Positions 35,762 to 48,904 of a DNA stretch of 58,831 nt are shown piece after piece. Positions within the stretch are counted from its first letter, which is position 1. Each line of letters opens with the position of its first letter. The position numbers and the translations under genes were made by a program. The DNA is from Sphaerodactylus townsendi (taxonomy: Eukaryota), in NCBI RefSeq assembly GCF_021028975.2, contig NC_059427.1, positions 8,437,170 to 8,496,000 on the forward strand, given 5' to 3'. Under the pieces are notes generated by a model that was not told the origin of the DNA, ran no database searches, and saw only the letters and a list, made by a program, of their open reading frames with translations.

Positions 35762-36426
35762 GGGATGATCAGGAGGATGACGAAGATGAGCAACTGCACC
35801 AATTATCCCCAGATAAAGCCAAGCCTGAAGGTTTGAAAAAAACCTTCAGGAATCAAGATGAACCAAAGAGGCAGAAAGAAAGCCACATTGTCGAGAAGAG
35901 AGCTGAGCAAAGGATTTCTGCGAATGCTGGGGGTTGCAGTGAAATAATACATATAGTGGAGGAAACATACAAATGCTTGGAGTGCGGGATGAACTTTTCA
36001 GATCAAACCCAGTATAATATTCATTTACGAGTGCACAGTGGAAAGAAAATCCATAAATGCTTGGAATGTGGAAAATGCTTTCTTTGCAGAGCAGAACTCC
36101 TTAGACATAACCGAATCCACACAGGAGAGAAGCCATTTGGCTGCTCAGAATGTGGCAAGAGTTTCTCACAGAGAACAAACCTTATTCAGCATCAAAGAAT
36201 TCATTCGGGAGAGAAGCCATACAAATGCTCAGAGTGTGGAAAGAGGTTCAGTCGGTGTAGTGATGTTCAGCGGCACCAAAGAGTCCATACAGGGGAGAAA
36301 CCTTTTCAGTGCTCAGAGTGTGGGAAAAGATTCATTCAGAAATCCAGCCTTCAACAGCATCAAAGAATCCACATGGAGAGAAGCAACAGTAGCTTCTTAA
36401 CCTGTGACAAGAGTTGTACATCTTAA
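35762..36426 (+). CDS. Gene D terminal exon: 5 C2H2 fingers
   Basis: CCATAG acceptor at 35761, in frame with ORF 35833-36426. Confidence 0.9.
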
Positions 36427-36646
36427 AGATAGCCAGAGATTCCACAAAGGGTTGAAACCATATAAAAGATTGGAAAGAGTTGCATCTGCCCAGAAAACTT
36501 ACTGTAACCACAGAAAGCAAAATTAATAAATACATTCAAGCTGAAGAGAAACGGTATAAAAGCTTGGATTATGGAAAAAGCTTTAGTCATGAATGAGTCC
36601 TCAAATAGATCAAACAGGGAAGAGTGAAAATATGCTTTGAGGGTGG

Positions 36647-36699
36647 CTGATTGTCCAGGCTCTTCTCTGATTGTCCAGGCTCTTCTCTGATTGTCCAGG
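36647..36699. repeat. 20-bp tandem repeat (CTGATTGTCCAGGCTCTTCT, ~2.6 copies)
   Basis: Direct reading. Confidence 0.85.
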
Positions 36700-36794
36700 T
36701 GTCAAGGGCTCAAACAGTAGTTATAAAAAGAAGGGCCTTTGTCATGGTTTTCCTTTTCAGTGACACTCACTGCTTAAGAACATCTTCCAAGTTG

Positions 36795-37305
36795 AAGCAT
36801 GTTCCCTGTGAGGGAAGGCTGAGGAGTCTGGGACTTTTCAGTTTAGAACCCAGGTGACTAAGGTAGACATGATAAAGGTTTATAAAATTATGCACAGGGT
36901 AGAAAGAGAGAAAAATTTCTCTCTTTCCCAATACTAGAATGCAAGGTCATCCATTGAAGCGCAAGGGCAGAAGATTCAGGCTGACGAAAGAAAAGATTTC
37001 TTTTCACAGTGAGCAATTAAAATGTGGAGTTTGCGGCCAGAAGATGTAGTGATGGCCACAGGCATGGACAGCTTCAAAAAAGGATTAGATAGCTTCATAA
37101 AAAATAGTTATATCAGTGGCCACTAGCCAGGGTGATTAAGGGAAACCTCCACGTTCAGAGGCATTCAGCCTCTGAATCCCAGGGCCAGAAGGCAACACTG
37201 GGGAAGGCCTCAGCCTCTATGGCCAATTGTTGGAACTGATTGGCTGCTGTGTGAGACAGGATGCTGGACTAGATGGACCATTGGCCTGAACCAGCAGGGC
37301 TCTTC
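36795..37305 (+). mobile_element. CR1-clade LINE 3' fragment
   Basis: RLRSLGLFSLE-type end of ORF2 plus 3' UTR; related copy at 46585-47015. Confidence 0.75.
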
Positions 37306-39330
37306 CAAGTCCTGTGCAGAAATAAGCAAACTGAGGATAATGGACAGCTACATCATGTATATGACTGGTATAAGGCAATGTGAATAGCTGATTTTCCTAA
37401 TTTCCAAATAGTTCTACACAGCAAGGAAGTCTGAGGGGCATTCTCGCTGTCTGGACTGCTGTGAACTTCCCAGGGTCTCACCACTGGATGTAATTGAGAC
37501 TGAAATGAAAACTCATTTAATTCAAACATGCCCCAAAGAACATCCAGTATTCTTGGATGTGGTGGATATCTTTGGATTTGGGAGGTGAATGTTTTAAAAT
37601 GCGAATTTTGCTTTGAGAATTTATTGTGAATTTTAAATTGTTATTTACCCTCATAAGGACTTTCAAAGCTTTGAATTGAAGGATTTTTTTTCTTTATGAG
37701 TGAAATTAACTTTGGTTTCTATTTTTATTTTTGCATTTGGCTTGTAACAATAATAGCAGTATAATTGTGTCATAGGAGATCTTTATTGTTGACACAGCTT
37801 TTGTTCATTTGGTCACACCGGGTTTACTGTATGCTTAATCTTCATTCTGTTCAGTTTTTGTGCTCCAGCATATGCAGGCATAGAAAGAAAGACACCCTTT
37901 GCCCAAGATCCTGCCTAACTACCAGAGGGATCTCCAGGTATCCTGCATGCCATGGCTGCCTCTGTTCCTGATGCTAGAGGAGAAGGGTGCCCCTTCTACT
38001 GAACCCTGACAGGACAGCAGGACTGAAGCTTTGTTGATGCAAAGAAAAACGGGGGGAGAGAAATTTGACCCCAGATATATCGACTTTACTGTAAGAGTTC
38101 AGCTAACTACAGTACAAAATTCTTCTAGAATTTTAAAAAGAGCTTTCTTTAGAGCATACAACACACCAATAATAACACTGCTCACCCCAATAACTACAGG
38201 TCAAAACAAGGACAAGGGTTATAATTATTTTAACACAGTTGTACATATGAACTAGTACTGGTATTTTAAATAAACATCGGCATCTAAAAGAGCAAAAAAA
38301 AAAATCCTCACGACTTATAGTTAGAAACCAACTTCTGCAGCTGAAGGACAACAGCTGTGAAAGTGATGGTGTTAAAAGCATTTTTTTTTCTCACATGGCC
38401 CCTGTAAAGTATGTGTCCTGAGAGAAGGAAAACATTTTAGAACACAAACAATACCAGAACTTTTACTATCAGTTCATTTTGTAGTTGTAATTCTGGGGGA
38501 GGGTGGGTTGATTTGTGTTATCCAATACCCTTGTAAATTAATGTACATGGGAATCACCACTAGGTCCATCAGGGTGAAAATTTGTGAACACATAAACTGC
38601 AAAAAAATAAACAATGCTCTTGTAAATAATTTTCTCAGTTCTGGTTGTACTGAAAGACAGCTGCAATTTTGGAATTATGGAAACTGTACATACTGTGGCT
38701 GATTGCGCACAAGGTGTCTGCCGCACTGCAGAGGCAAATGTCCATCACAGCAAGATTTCTTGTACAGACATATTTCCTTGAGCCCCACTTTCACTTTCCA
38801 TTCTCTCTGCAGCAAGTGACACCACTTCTAGCGCGACTTTAATTTTCTTCGTTAGCAGGGCAGGTTTGCCAGAAAGCACAGCTTTGCCCCAGACATCTTC
38901 CCTCTGCCCCTGGCCATCCCATCTCCCCCACTCTACTTCCTCCATCCCTGGTGATTGAAATAGCTTTTTAAAAAACTTTATTTTAACTTCAAGGATTCAT
39001 ACCATATTAGATCTATCGTATAGTGATAGATCTAATAGAGGCATATTGAAATAACAAACCTGTCTCTCCTCCTGCAGCAGCAGCAGTAAGTATGTGTGGG
39101 GGAGAGGGGAGGGAAAGAGAATATCAGCTCTAGAACATGGTTCTCTTCTTCAGCAGTGTGTGCTCCAGGGAATTCCTTTGCTTCTTTCATGGGGGGGATT
39201 ATTTATGGAAAGAGGCCACAATATTGATACAATTATGATTTTAAAGACTTTAACAAAGCCACCAATCTTGGGACTATTGGGTGTGATGAGATCTGTGCCT
39301 TGAAGAGTGAGTTGATGGGTTAAGTTAAGG

Positions 39331-39625
39331 AGAAGAAGAAGAGTTTGGATTTATATCCCCCCTTTCTCTCCTGTAGGAGACTCAAAGGGGCTTTCAATCT
39401 CCTTGCCCTTCCCCCCTCACAACAAACACCCTGTGAGGTAGGTGGGGCTGAGAGAGCTCCGAGAAGCTGTGACTAGCCCAAGGTCACCCAGCTGGCATGT
39501 GTGGGAGTGTACAGGCTAATCTGAATTCCCCAGATAAGCCTCCACAGCTCAGGCGGCCGAGCTGGGAATCAAACCCGGTTCCTCCAGATTAGATACACGA
39601 GCTCTTAACCTCCTCCGCCACTGCT
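39331..39625 (-). mobile_element. Young full-length tRNA-derived SINE
   Basis: Near-identical reverse complement of 57293-57574; (GAA)n tail. Confidence 0.88.
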
Positions 39626-40380
39626 GGAATTAAGAGAACCAAGTTGATGGGTGGAGCTAAGAGAACTCAGAAAAGCAGAAACTTTGCAGCAAGGAGTGAG
39701 TGCCTCCTCACGTGTAAACAGAGAAACACAAAGCCACTGCGAAATGAAGAGCCCTGAGGTAAGCGTTCCATATATAATGGGCCTACATCTTCAAGCTTAA
39801 CTAAACTCTTGCAGGAGAGATAATTGTTTTGGATATGCCATCTCCAAATGTTAACACCTGTGGGACTAATCAGTGAGGTTAACTGGATGTTTAATTTCCT
39901 AAAAAGAGTATATTTTGGTGTCCTGTAATAAACCGTGCTGTTTCTGCCCCCCGCCCCATCTTTCCCTCTGCCCTCTTCTTAATAACCTCCTCCTTTTTCA
40001 TTTTCTTGCTGGAGAATTGGATTAGGAAATAGTGAGGGGGTGACTGCATCATCCTTCAGGTTCACTGCATAGCAACCTCTTTGTAATTTAGGATTGATGT
40101 TATGCACATTCAAAGATGCTAACAATTCAATACCAGGTTACCGTAGTTTGCAAATATATGTGTAAATAAAAATAATTATTCATACAATTCATAGTTTATT
40201 TGAGTTTAACAGCCCATACGACATACACTCATTTTTGAAAATTGTGTCAGCTAATTGCAAAACAGAATTTTGCCACATCTATTACACAGTTTTGATTTAG
40301 ACCATTTAGAAGCAACCTTAGTTTCATAACATCAGGAAAGGGGGAAATTTAGCTATCCATTTAGTGAGAAAGTTTTAATT

Positions 40381-40590
40381 GGCTGTTGTTGGGGTTTCCG
40401 GGCTGTGTGGACATGGTCTGTATCTATGGCTGGTATCTTCAGAGGCATGTGATCATGACATACCTCTGAAAATGCCAGCTATAGATTGTGTCTGAAACAT
40501 TAGAAGCACAAACTGTCAGACCACAGCCACACAACTTGGAAAACCTGCAACAGCTAGTTGATTCCAGCCTGTGAAAGTCTTTGACAACAC
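40381..40590. mobile_element. Penelope-like inverted terminal-repeat remnant (older); another fragment at ~40755-40870
   Basis: Same family as 30221-30430: GGCTGGTATCTTCAGAGG...CCTCTGAAAATGCCAGC...GTGAAAGTCTTTGACAA. Confidence 0.75.
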
Positions 40591-41028
40591 AGAAAAATTA
40601 AATATATTTATTATATAATTTTTGTTTGTGGCTTTCAGATTTTTAATTTTTTTAAGATCCCAGTCATTTGTACAATTACTATATAAGATCTTAGCCCCAC
40701 ATCATAAATCTTTATTCATTACACAACAGATGAGGTAGAAATATTTTTATTTTCTGTATTGTCGAAGGCTTTCACAGCTGGAATCAACTGACTGTTGTGG
40801 GTTTTCTAGGCTACATGGCTGTGATCTGGTCGTTTTTGCTCCTGTTTAACTCACATAAGTGGCTGGCAGCTTTATTTTCCTTTTAATTTTTTTTTATTAA
40901 ATAGAAATTACAATTATTATGATTATTTCCCCCACCCCTTTTGTTGTTTGTTGAATTTTCAGAAAGCATCTCCTAGTTTGGTTTCATACATCAGCTGCTG
41001 AATGTGTTTTTTTAAATGTTATGTTACT

Positions 41029-41069
41029 GACCACTGAGGAAGGCCACAAGGACCGAAACGCATATGGTT
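41029..41069 (+). ncRNA. Minimal type I hammerhead ribozyme motif
   Basis: GACCA-CTGAGGA-A-GGCC-ACAA-GGACC-GAAAC-GC-ATA-TGGTT: stem I GACCA/TGGTT, both core boxes, stem II, decayed palindromic stem III. Confidence 0.65.
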
Positions 41070-41799
41070 CTGCTGGTCATTCATCAATTGTAATAATACG
41101 TGTGTTGCATATTTGTGTGATTTATGTGCAATATATGTTGGGCTCTGGTTTCCAGAACCCATATTTTTAATTATGTATTTTCATTCTGTATTATGTGTAC
41201 ACTAATTAAATATATATTTTGATAATTTTGTATTGTAGTTAACTTGAAACTTTGTTGACCTACCCATCACAGCATCCTTTCTGCTTCACCTTGGGTTCTC
41301 ACACTTACCCCTTTGGAAGAGAACTGCTCTGAATATGATGTTCCCTGATTCCCCCTCCCCTTCTGGCCTCCTCCTGACTAGCTGTGGTGGGGGTGTGAGG
41401 CCAGAATGGAGACAGTTTTGATGGAGACAGGCTTAGGAGACAGGCTTAGGAGAGGAAAGACCCAATGCTGTTACATGCTGAGATCCTCCTTCCTTGTTGC
41501 TTCATTGGGTGGGTCTTTTGGAGAAATGCATCTGAATCAGATGAACATGTTCTGAGTCACATTTTCAAAAGATGTTTATTATTATTATTTTATTATTATT
41601 TATTAGATTTATAAGCCGCCTCACCCCCGAAGGGCTCGAGGCGGCTCACAATATGGCTGTTCTCTTAAGATAGCAAATCAGTACAAAAATACAACTTAAA
41701 CCCATTAAAAACTTGAGCAGCAATTACAAAAAATAAATACAGATTAAAACAACAGAAGTTGTTAAAAACATTTGTTTTTATGCTTGGCTCTTACATAGC

Positions 41800-41800
<1 letters not shown>

Positions 41801-41853
<53 letters not shown>
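41801..41853. repeat. (TAG)n microsatellite (SINE tail)
   Basis: About 17 AGT units followed by a minus-strand SINE 3' end. Confidence 0.9.
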
Positions 41854-41854
<1 letters not shown>

Positions 41855-41899
41855 TTGGATTTATACCCCACTTCTCTCTCGCATAAGGAGGCTTACATG

Positions 41900-42316
41900 C
41901 TTGCTCCATCTTCAATATGACATCCCTTCAAATGTCTAAACATGGCTATTATGTCACCCCTTAACCTTCTCTTCTCCAGACTAAACATACCTAGCTCCCT
42001 AAGCTGCTCCTCCTAGGGCATGGAATCCAAACCTTTTACCATTTTGTTTGCCTTCCTCTAGTCCCGTTCCAGCTTGTCAATATCCTTCTTGAATTGTGGC
42101 ACCCAGAACTGGACATAGTGTTGTAGGTGAGGCCTGAGCAGTGCAGAATAGAGAGGTACTATTATGTCCCTTGATCTAGACACTACTAATGATGAAGCCT
42201 AGGATTGCATTGACTTTCTTGGCTGCCACCTCACACTGCTGACTCATGTTCAGTTTGTGATCTAAGACTCCCAGATCCTTTTCACATGTACTGTTGTCAA
42301 GCCAGGTGTCACCCAT
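41900..42316 (-). mobile_element. CR1 LINE fragment
   Basis: Closely similar to 20600-21005. Confidence 0.85.
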
Positions 42317-43197
42317 AGGATCTTCTGTGGGTCCTGTACTTTCCCCCCCTTTTGATTTTACTTTGATCTAGACGACTGGTAACAACTTCTCTGAACAGGA
42401 TGCCTGGCCATCCTGCCGGTGTGATACTTTTGGGCCTGGATGGCATAAAACGAGTTTAAGAAGAGCATCTACAAAAACATACACACAAACAAAAACAAAG
42501 CCCTTCTGGTTGTTTGGAAATCATGGCCAGAAGAGCAGGAAAAACTGCTATTCAGTGAGTTGGGAAAGACAGGAAGAAGCAACAAAACCCAGATAAAGAA
42601 TTATATTTTCTGTTTTGTTTCATGGGAGAAAGTGAAGCAACAGGAAGAATTTGCAGATTCTCTGTTCTGCCCCTTGGTAGCTTCAAAAAACCCAACAACA
42701 ATTCATAAAGGAAAGGTAAACTTGCAGCAAGGCAGAATGCAAGTGCATAAATGGCTAAATGCTTCAGAAACATTTATTCGTTTGTAACTAGCTACACATT
42801 TTAAATAACTAATGCAAATAAGAATGAACATAGGATAGATCAGAGTGGCTAAAATCTAACTTTGTATTATCACAGGGTAATCCTGACATATGTTTTTTCC
42901 TGAGAGATCTAAAACTTTTGGAGCCTTTAGGTAGGCTGTTTTTTATTGAAGAGTTTGCTCTCCATATGATTGCTCTCCAAACCTCCGTCTAAGCCTCTCT
43001 AAGGACGAGGCGGTCTTCAAACCAGCATTTCCCTGTTAGGTATTACAAGGAGTAGGCGTCTCCGTTTTGAATGCCATCACCCCAGATGGAGCAACCACAG
43101 CCAGCCCTCGCACCTCTCGGATTTCAGATTTTTCTGGCTAAAAGCTTAAAGAAAGATACTCTTGGACTTAGTTTTATCGTGCCCTCCAAAGGTTTGT

Positions 43198-43348
43198 AAA
43201 GGGTTTAGCAAGTGGCAGAGTTGCAGTTCCTAGACTGGAAGCAAAGGGAGGAGAGAAATACTCAAACCCTCCCACTTCCGACTTGGCTTGCAGGAGAACT
43301 GGAGGACCGAGATTGGAACCAGACCGGGGAATGCCTGGAGGGGTAAAG
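43198..43348 (+). promoter_or_regulatory. Putative promoter / non-coding exon 1 upstream of gene E (donor at 43343)
   Basis: AAAGGGTTTA, GTTGCAGTTCCTAGA, ACTTCCG at 43274, GCCTGGAGGG|GTAAAG. Confidence 0.55.
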
Positions 43349-46300
43349 ATCTGTGGGGCGGGGAAGGGAGGGAGGAGTTCCCCAGGCTGGGCAACCCTGC
43401 AAGAGTCAGGTCACCCATTCATCTTGGGGCCACTGCGTGGGGGTCTCCCTGGGTCTCACCAGCAGAGCAGGGCCGGGAAGGAGGAGATCAGGCTGGCTGG
43501 CTACTCCTGTGCTCCCAGGAAGGGTTGCCAGCTCAGGATCCGGCCCTCTGAACGCCAATTTGGTGCAAGAAGCCAGAAGGGGATCCGGTTTCTCTTCAGG
43601 CTGGGAACAGAGTCTCGACCTGGTCTTCATGTGGAACCTCCGCGGAAGGCACACAGGCGCTGGGCAGGCTGGAGTTTCTCCTGGTCACTTGGCAACCCCC
43701 AGTGGAAAGGCATGTGGGACTCAAGGCCAAGTCGTGTCTAACTGCAGAGGGCCGTTTGCGGGTTGGGGAGGGATTATAAAGCTGGCCCCACAGAGATACC
43801 CCCTTTGACAAAAAGGAGGGTGCTGGCCTTGTCTGGGTCTCCACATCCTGAGCTTCTGCTTGCGGCTAAAAGCAAATTGAAATTCCCCTGTGGAGCGTTT
43901 GGAGCAAACCGTGACCTAGTGGGAGAATTTCTGCATCTTCAGTCCTGCAAGGAGTCTTTTCTATGTCATGACAAATGGGATTCCTTTGACGTAGGAGGAT
44001 AAGTGAATACAGCCCTGCTTTGGGAGGCTGGGGGCCTGCTTTTGACCATAGCAGGGGGGTGTAGCATGGCATGGGATTCCTGCGAAACAAAATGCATTTC
44101 CCATCCAGTTCCAGTCTTTTGATTTGTAGCTATTCCAGCCCTCTCCACTAGTGGGCAGATCAGGAGAATTCCAAATGGAAAAAGGTTAAGAATCCCTTTT
44201 CTTCAGGGTGAGCTCTTTAGGGTAAGAGAACATAATATAAGAACATAAGAAATGTTATGGTGGGTCAGAGCAAGGGCCATCAAATCCAACAATCTGTTCA
44301 CAGAGTGCTTTTAGGAAGCCCACAAGCATGATAGCTGCACCAGCACTGTGGATCAGGGTAAAGCGGCTTCAAGGAACTCCATCTTGGATGGTATTTGCTG
44401 ACATGGCAGTTTACTGCTCTTCCAATGAATGTGGTAAATGTACAGGCAAGGCCAGCTGGTATGGTTCTGAGGTAAGCCTCAAAAAGAAATCCTGAACCTT
44501 TTAATTAGCATCTTATTTTATGCCTTTATTGAAGTAACAGGAACACAAAAGTGATACAATTTTGAAGAAGTTTTGTCCTGGCAAGCTATGAGCAACAGAG
44601 CTAGACAGTAAACTGCTGGAAGCCAGATAAAGTTCAGACAAACTTCCGAGCATCAGCGGAGGCAGAAGAAAAGAAACCAAGCCTGTTGACTGTTAACAGA
44701 TCAAGGTCAGGTTGTCTGGGGTCAGAGTCCTCAGAAGTCCGACAAGGCAAGTGTCAGCCACGCAGCGATCATGTAGCATGTCCATGTCATCTACCTGCCT
44801 CTCACCCAGTTCTCTGATAGTCCCCACACAGGAGACTAATCCTCATCCTGTGATGACTGACTGGGCCAGCAAGTGGGCACTGTGCCTTTTATTCAGTAGC
44901 TCCTTCTTGTGGGGCTGTCTGCATTGTTCTACTGGCACTGGTAGAACAGGTGACTCCAGTGAATTACCAGCCTGAGTGCCAACAGCCGGCACCAGACTGG
45001 GAGACTGAAGTAATACTGCGGGCACTCCAGTTCTGGCCCGCCTGCCTTTTGTTTTGGGGGGTTCTGGCAAAGATGAGTCCTCTTACCAGAGCTTTTCCTC
45101 TGAGGAACTTCCACTTGCCAGAGGCTGACCCCGGGACACATGGGTGAAAACTCTGTGGCAGCCCTCATCAATTTCTTGGGAAACAAAAAGGTGGCACCTG
45201 AAAGCCACCCTCATGGGGATCACTTTGACCTCTTCTTTTGATCTTTTACAAGATGACCCTCCTCTAAATAGGAGACTTTTAAGAAAACTGCCACTCCTTT
45301 CTTAACCCCATCCACTCCCAGCCTGTCACTTACATACTCAGACTCTGAGGGATTTGCGCTTGCAACCTAGGTCTGTTACAGCAGGAGTGTTGAACTCATT
45401 TGTTACAAAGGCTGGATATGACATAAATCTGACTTGGTTGGACTTGGCTGTGGGAGAATGGCTGCCTTGGCTGGGGGGAGGGGGGGCTTAAGTACCTGGA
45501 TTGGCAAATATGCAGTGGGTTGGGGTGGCTGCCTTCAGAGGGTTTATCAGCCCTGTGAGCCAGCTGAGGTAACACCCCCAACCCCTTGCTCCAGATCAGG
45601 AACAAGGTTTTTTTGTCTCCGCTGACTTGTGGGCCTGATAAGCCCCCTCAAGGGGTCAGATCTGTCCTCCAGGCTGCACGTTTGACACCGCTGCATTACA
45701 GCATCCTTTTCCTAACAAGGAAAATAAGTTTCTTGAAAAGAAAATAAATTTATTGAATTACCAAAAATAGAACCCAGTTAAATCAGTTAAATAAAAATGG
45801 AGGCGCTACAGAAAGGAAATAAATGCGAGGTATAAACACAGTTTGAACTCTTTTCCCTAACAAACTACCTGCTATGGAGGGAGATAGAAAAGAGGAGATT
45901 CAAAGGTATACAAGCATGCTTCCTAAAGATGGGGCAGCTCTAGAGAGGAAAGTTGACTAGACTGGAGAAACTCCAGAACAGATGAAAAACCATACAGTTG
46001 AAGAGACTGGGATACAAAACCAGCTACAAATAGCTTTTTGTATATTTTTGCTAAGTTGCCATTGGAATGTGGGCATGATGAAAAGTCCATCTCTCCAGAG
46101 ATGAGCTAATTTGAAAAAGGTGTTTGTGTGTGTATATTGTGGAGGGGAATTTTCTTCTTTTGCATTAAAGGTAAAAATATTAAGTGTTCCTTGATAGATT
46201 AGTATTTTGCATGATAGAATAGAGGGAGAAATCTTCTTGCCCAGTCCATTAAAAAAAGATGGAAATAGCTGGGGCTTGACCCTTGCTTATTGTCTTGATT

Positions 46301-46584
46301 ATTTGGGTCATTCTGTGAGTCTGGATCAGGGAGGGGACCCCTTAGGTCCTTGTGGGGAAAGACCGTTTGGTTGACTCCCACCAGAGATGGCTTTTGCACA
46401 GTTAAGGGTGTTGGTGGTCTTCACATTCTGGGCATGCCCTCAGCATGACTGTCATTTTAATATCAGTTAGCTCCAGACTCAATTTTTCATTCCTAGGTCC
46501 ATATTAAGATGAACATGGAGGTCCTCTTTGAGGCGAAGGCCCAGGGCATCAATGATGTGAGTCCAAATTAAGATGGAGATTCTC

Positions 46585-47015
46585 AGGGAAAAGGTTGAGG
46601 AGTCTGGGACTTTTCAGTTTAGAAAAGTGCTAACTGAGGGGGGCAGGACATACTAGAGCTTTACAAAAAAAGCGTAGGCTTACAAAATTATGCATGGGGT
46701 AGAAAGAGTTGACAAAGAGAAATTTTTCTCCCTTTCTCAAAATACTAGAACTAGGGGGCATCCAGTGAAGCTGATGGGCAGTAGATTCAGGATAGACAAA
46801 AATAAATACTTCTTTATATACCAAGTGATGTGGAATTCTCTGCCAGAGGATGTACTGATGGCCACAAGCATAGAAAGCTTCAGAGGGGAATGGGACAAAT
46901 GAATGGAGGATAGGTCTGTCAGTGGCTACTAACCATGCTGACTAAGGGGAACCTCCATGTTCAGAGGCAGTCAATCTCTAAGTAACAGTTCCAGAAGGCA
47001 ACATCACGGAAAGGT
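46585..47015 (+). mobile_element. CR1-clade LINE 3' fragment
   Basis: KIMHGVERVDKEKFFSLSQNTRTRGHPVKL peptide; similar to 36795-37305. Confidence 0.8.
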
Positions 47016-48453
47016 CAGACCCTGGGGGGTAGAGGAGGGAGAGATTTTTCCCTCAGGCTGGGCAGATCTGTAAGGGGGTCTCTCTGGGTCCCACATGCAG
47101 AGCAAGGCTGGGGTAGAATAGCTCAGACTGACCTCTGAGAAGAGTTGTGAGCTCTGGCCCTTTAAATTTAGGGTGGATCCTTGGAAGGAGAAGAGGTGTC
47201 TCGTTTCCCTCCAGGCCTGGAACAGATTCTCTTATTGATCTCTGCAAATGAAAGGTTTGCTAAACAGTGTTGTCCCATGGAAAGGGGAATACAACTGGCC
47301 TTATGGAAGACCGCCCATCTGATAGAAGGATGCTGTTGCTTCTGTCTCTACTTGTATGAGAAAGCAAAATGAGTCCCACCTGAAGTCCTGGGGGTGGGAT
47401 TTCCCTGTCTGTTGTCCTGGGGAAAAATATTTTTCTTGTTTGTGTGAATGGAAATGCTTTGGAGCAGGAGGTGTGAAAATACAACTCAGATGCAGGAGAT
47501 GCACATTTCCTGGGGTGGAGGCAGTGGTGGGATTCAAATAATTTTACAACTGGTTGTTTACAAGCACCATTTTAACAACCGGTTCTGCTGAAGTGGTGTG
47601 AACCTGCAGTCTTTAATAATTTCCCTCCCCCTTCCAGAATTTGACAGTTGTGTCTGAGCGTAAGCAGAGTGCCTTTCACCATCATGCAGAGTCACAATGA
47701 GCACACATTTCACGAAAGGGTATTTGTGATGGAGGAGAGTCCATAACGCAATGGCAGAGATTACCAATTCTGTCCTTGGCATCTGGTCCCAAACCTACTA
47801 AATTAACATAGCCAGGAGAGACTATGGAGAAGGTGCTGCTTTGAGGTTAGACGACTGGACTACAGTCTACAGGAGTGGGCCTTGAAGACAATGTGGAAAG
47901 TTCAGGCAACAGAGATCACTACAGCTCAATCACTATCAGGAGTTAGACAGAGTAAGCCTCTCGTAAGTGCTCCGTTGCCTCCTAATTAGTTTCCAGGCTG
48001 TTCCAGGGGCTGGTTATCACCAGGAAAGCCCTCCGAGGACTGAGGGCCAGAAATCTCGCAGGGCACCCAGTCCCATTATGCTGTACACATGAAGGTTCCT
48101 CCTGTGGAGCCTATTGAGGTCAGCCTTGTCTGCCCTGACTGAGCTGTCTAAGGTATCAGGCAGAGGCCTTATCATCACCTTCTGCCTATTTTCTTTAACC
48201 TGATATGTGAGAATGGAACCTGGGACCTTCAGGACACAAAACTGTGCAAAGTCTGCTAATTGGAGTAGAACTCTTTGAAAGTGCCATTCTGCAAAAAGAT
48301 AGATTTAAACATTCTGTCTGCATCTCTGGGGGAGCAGCCTTCCTGGCACTTCCCAAACTGTAAGAAGGATATTTTAGATTAGAAGAACTTTTTATGACAG
48401 AAGACAAATCAGAAACCTTTCAATTAATATTAACTGTGTACAATTCATACATA

Positions 48454-48685
48454 CCCTGTTTCCCCAAATATAAGACATCCCCGGAAAATAAGACATAGTA
48501 GAGGTTCTGCTGAAGTGCAAAATATAAGGCATCCCCCAAAAGTAAGACGTAGCAAAGTTTTTGTTTGGAAGCATGCCCGACGAACAGAACACAGAAAAAT
48601 AAGACATCCCCTGAAAATAAGACATAGCGCATCATTGGGAGCAAAAATTAATATAAGACACTATCTTATTTTTGGGAAAACACGG
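48454..48685. mobile_element. Non-autonomous Tc2/pogo-like DNA transposon
   Basis: TIRs CCCTGTTTCCCCAAATATAAGAC / TCTTATTTTTGGGAAAACACGG, TA flanks. Confidence 0.75.
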
Positions 48686-48904
48686 TAACTAAACATCAAA
48701 TCATGCCAATACTTTTTATATATAAATTTACCTGGTTAGAAAAGTCTTGTGGGGCCATAAAGCAGCAAATGGGGAATCAAATGTGTCTCTTCTCTCTCTT
48801 TCCCACATTCTTCTTTTATCCAAGAAAAGGTTAACATAGAATCATAGAGTTCTAGAGTTTTCAGTTCGGCAGCACCAACTCTGCGTGATTGTTCTGAGCA
48901 AGCA

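Larger units (their letters stand above)
38038..41249 (+). mobile_element. Composite ~3.2-kb insertion with Penelope-like (Neptune-type) GIY-YIG remnant and terminal hammerhead
   Basis: Flanked by CTTTGTTGA (38029-38037 / 41250-41258); interrupts sequence that is contiguous in the gene C paralog (~26560-26900); peptide VIQYPCKLMYMGITTRSIRVKICEH at 38508-38600. Confidence 0.65.

Noticed and set aside
44550-46200. Possible LTR-like segments in the gene E 5' region
   Set aside because: Could not define TG...CA ends, TSD or PBS by eye
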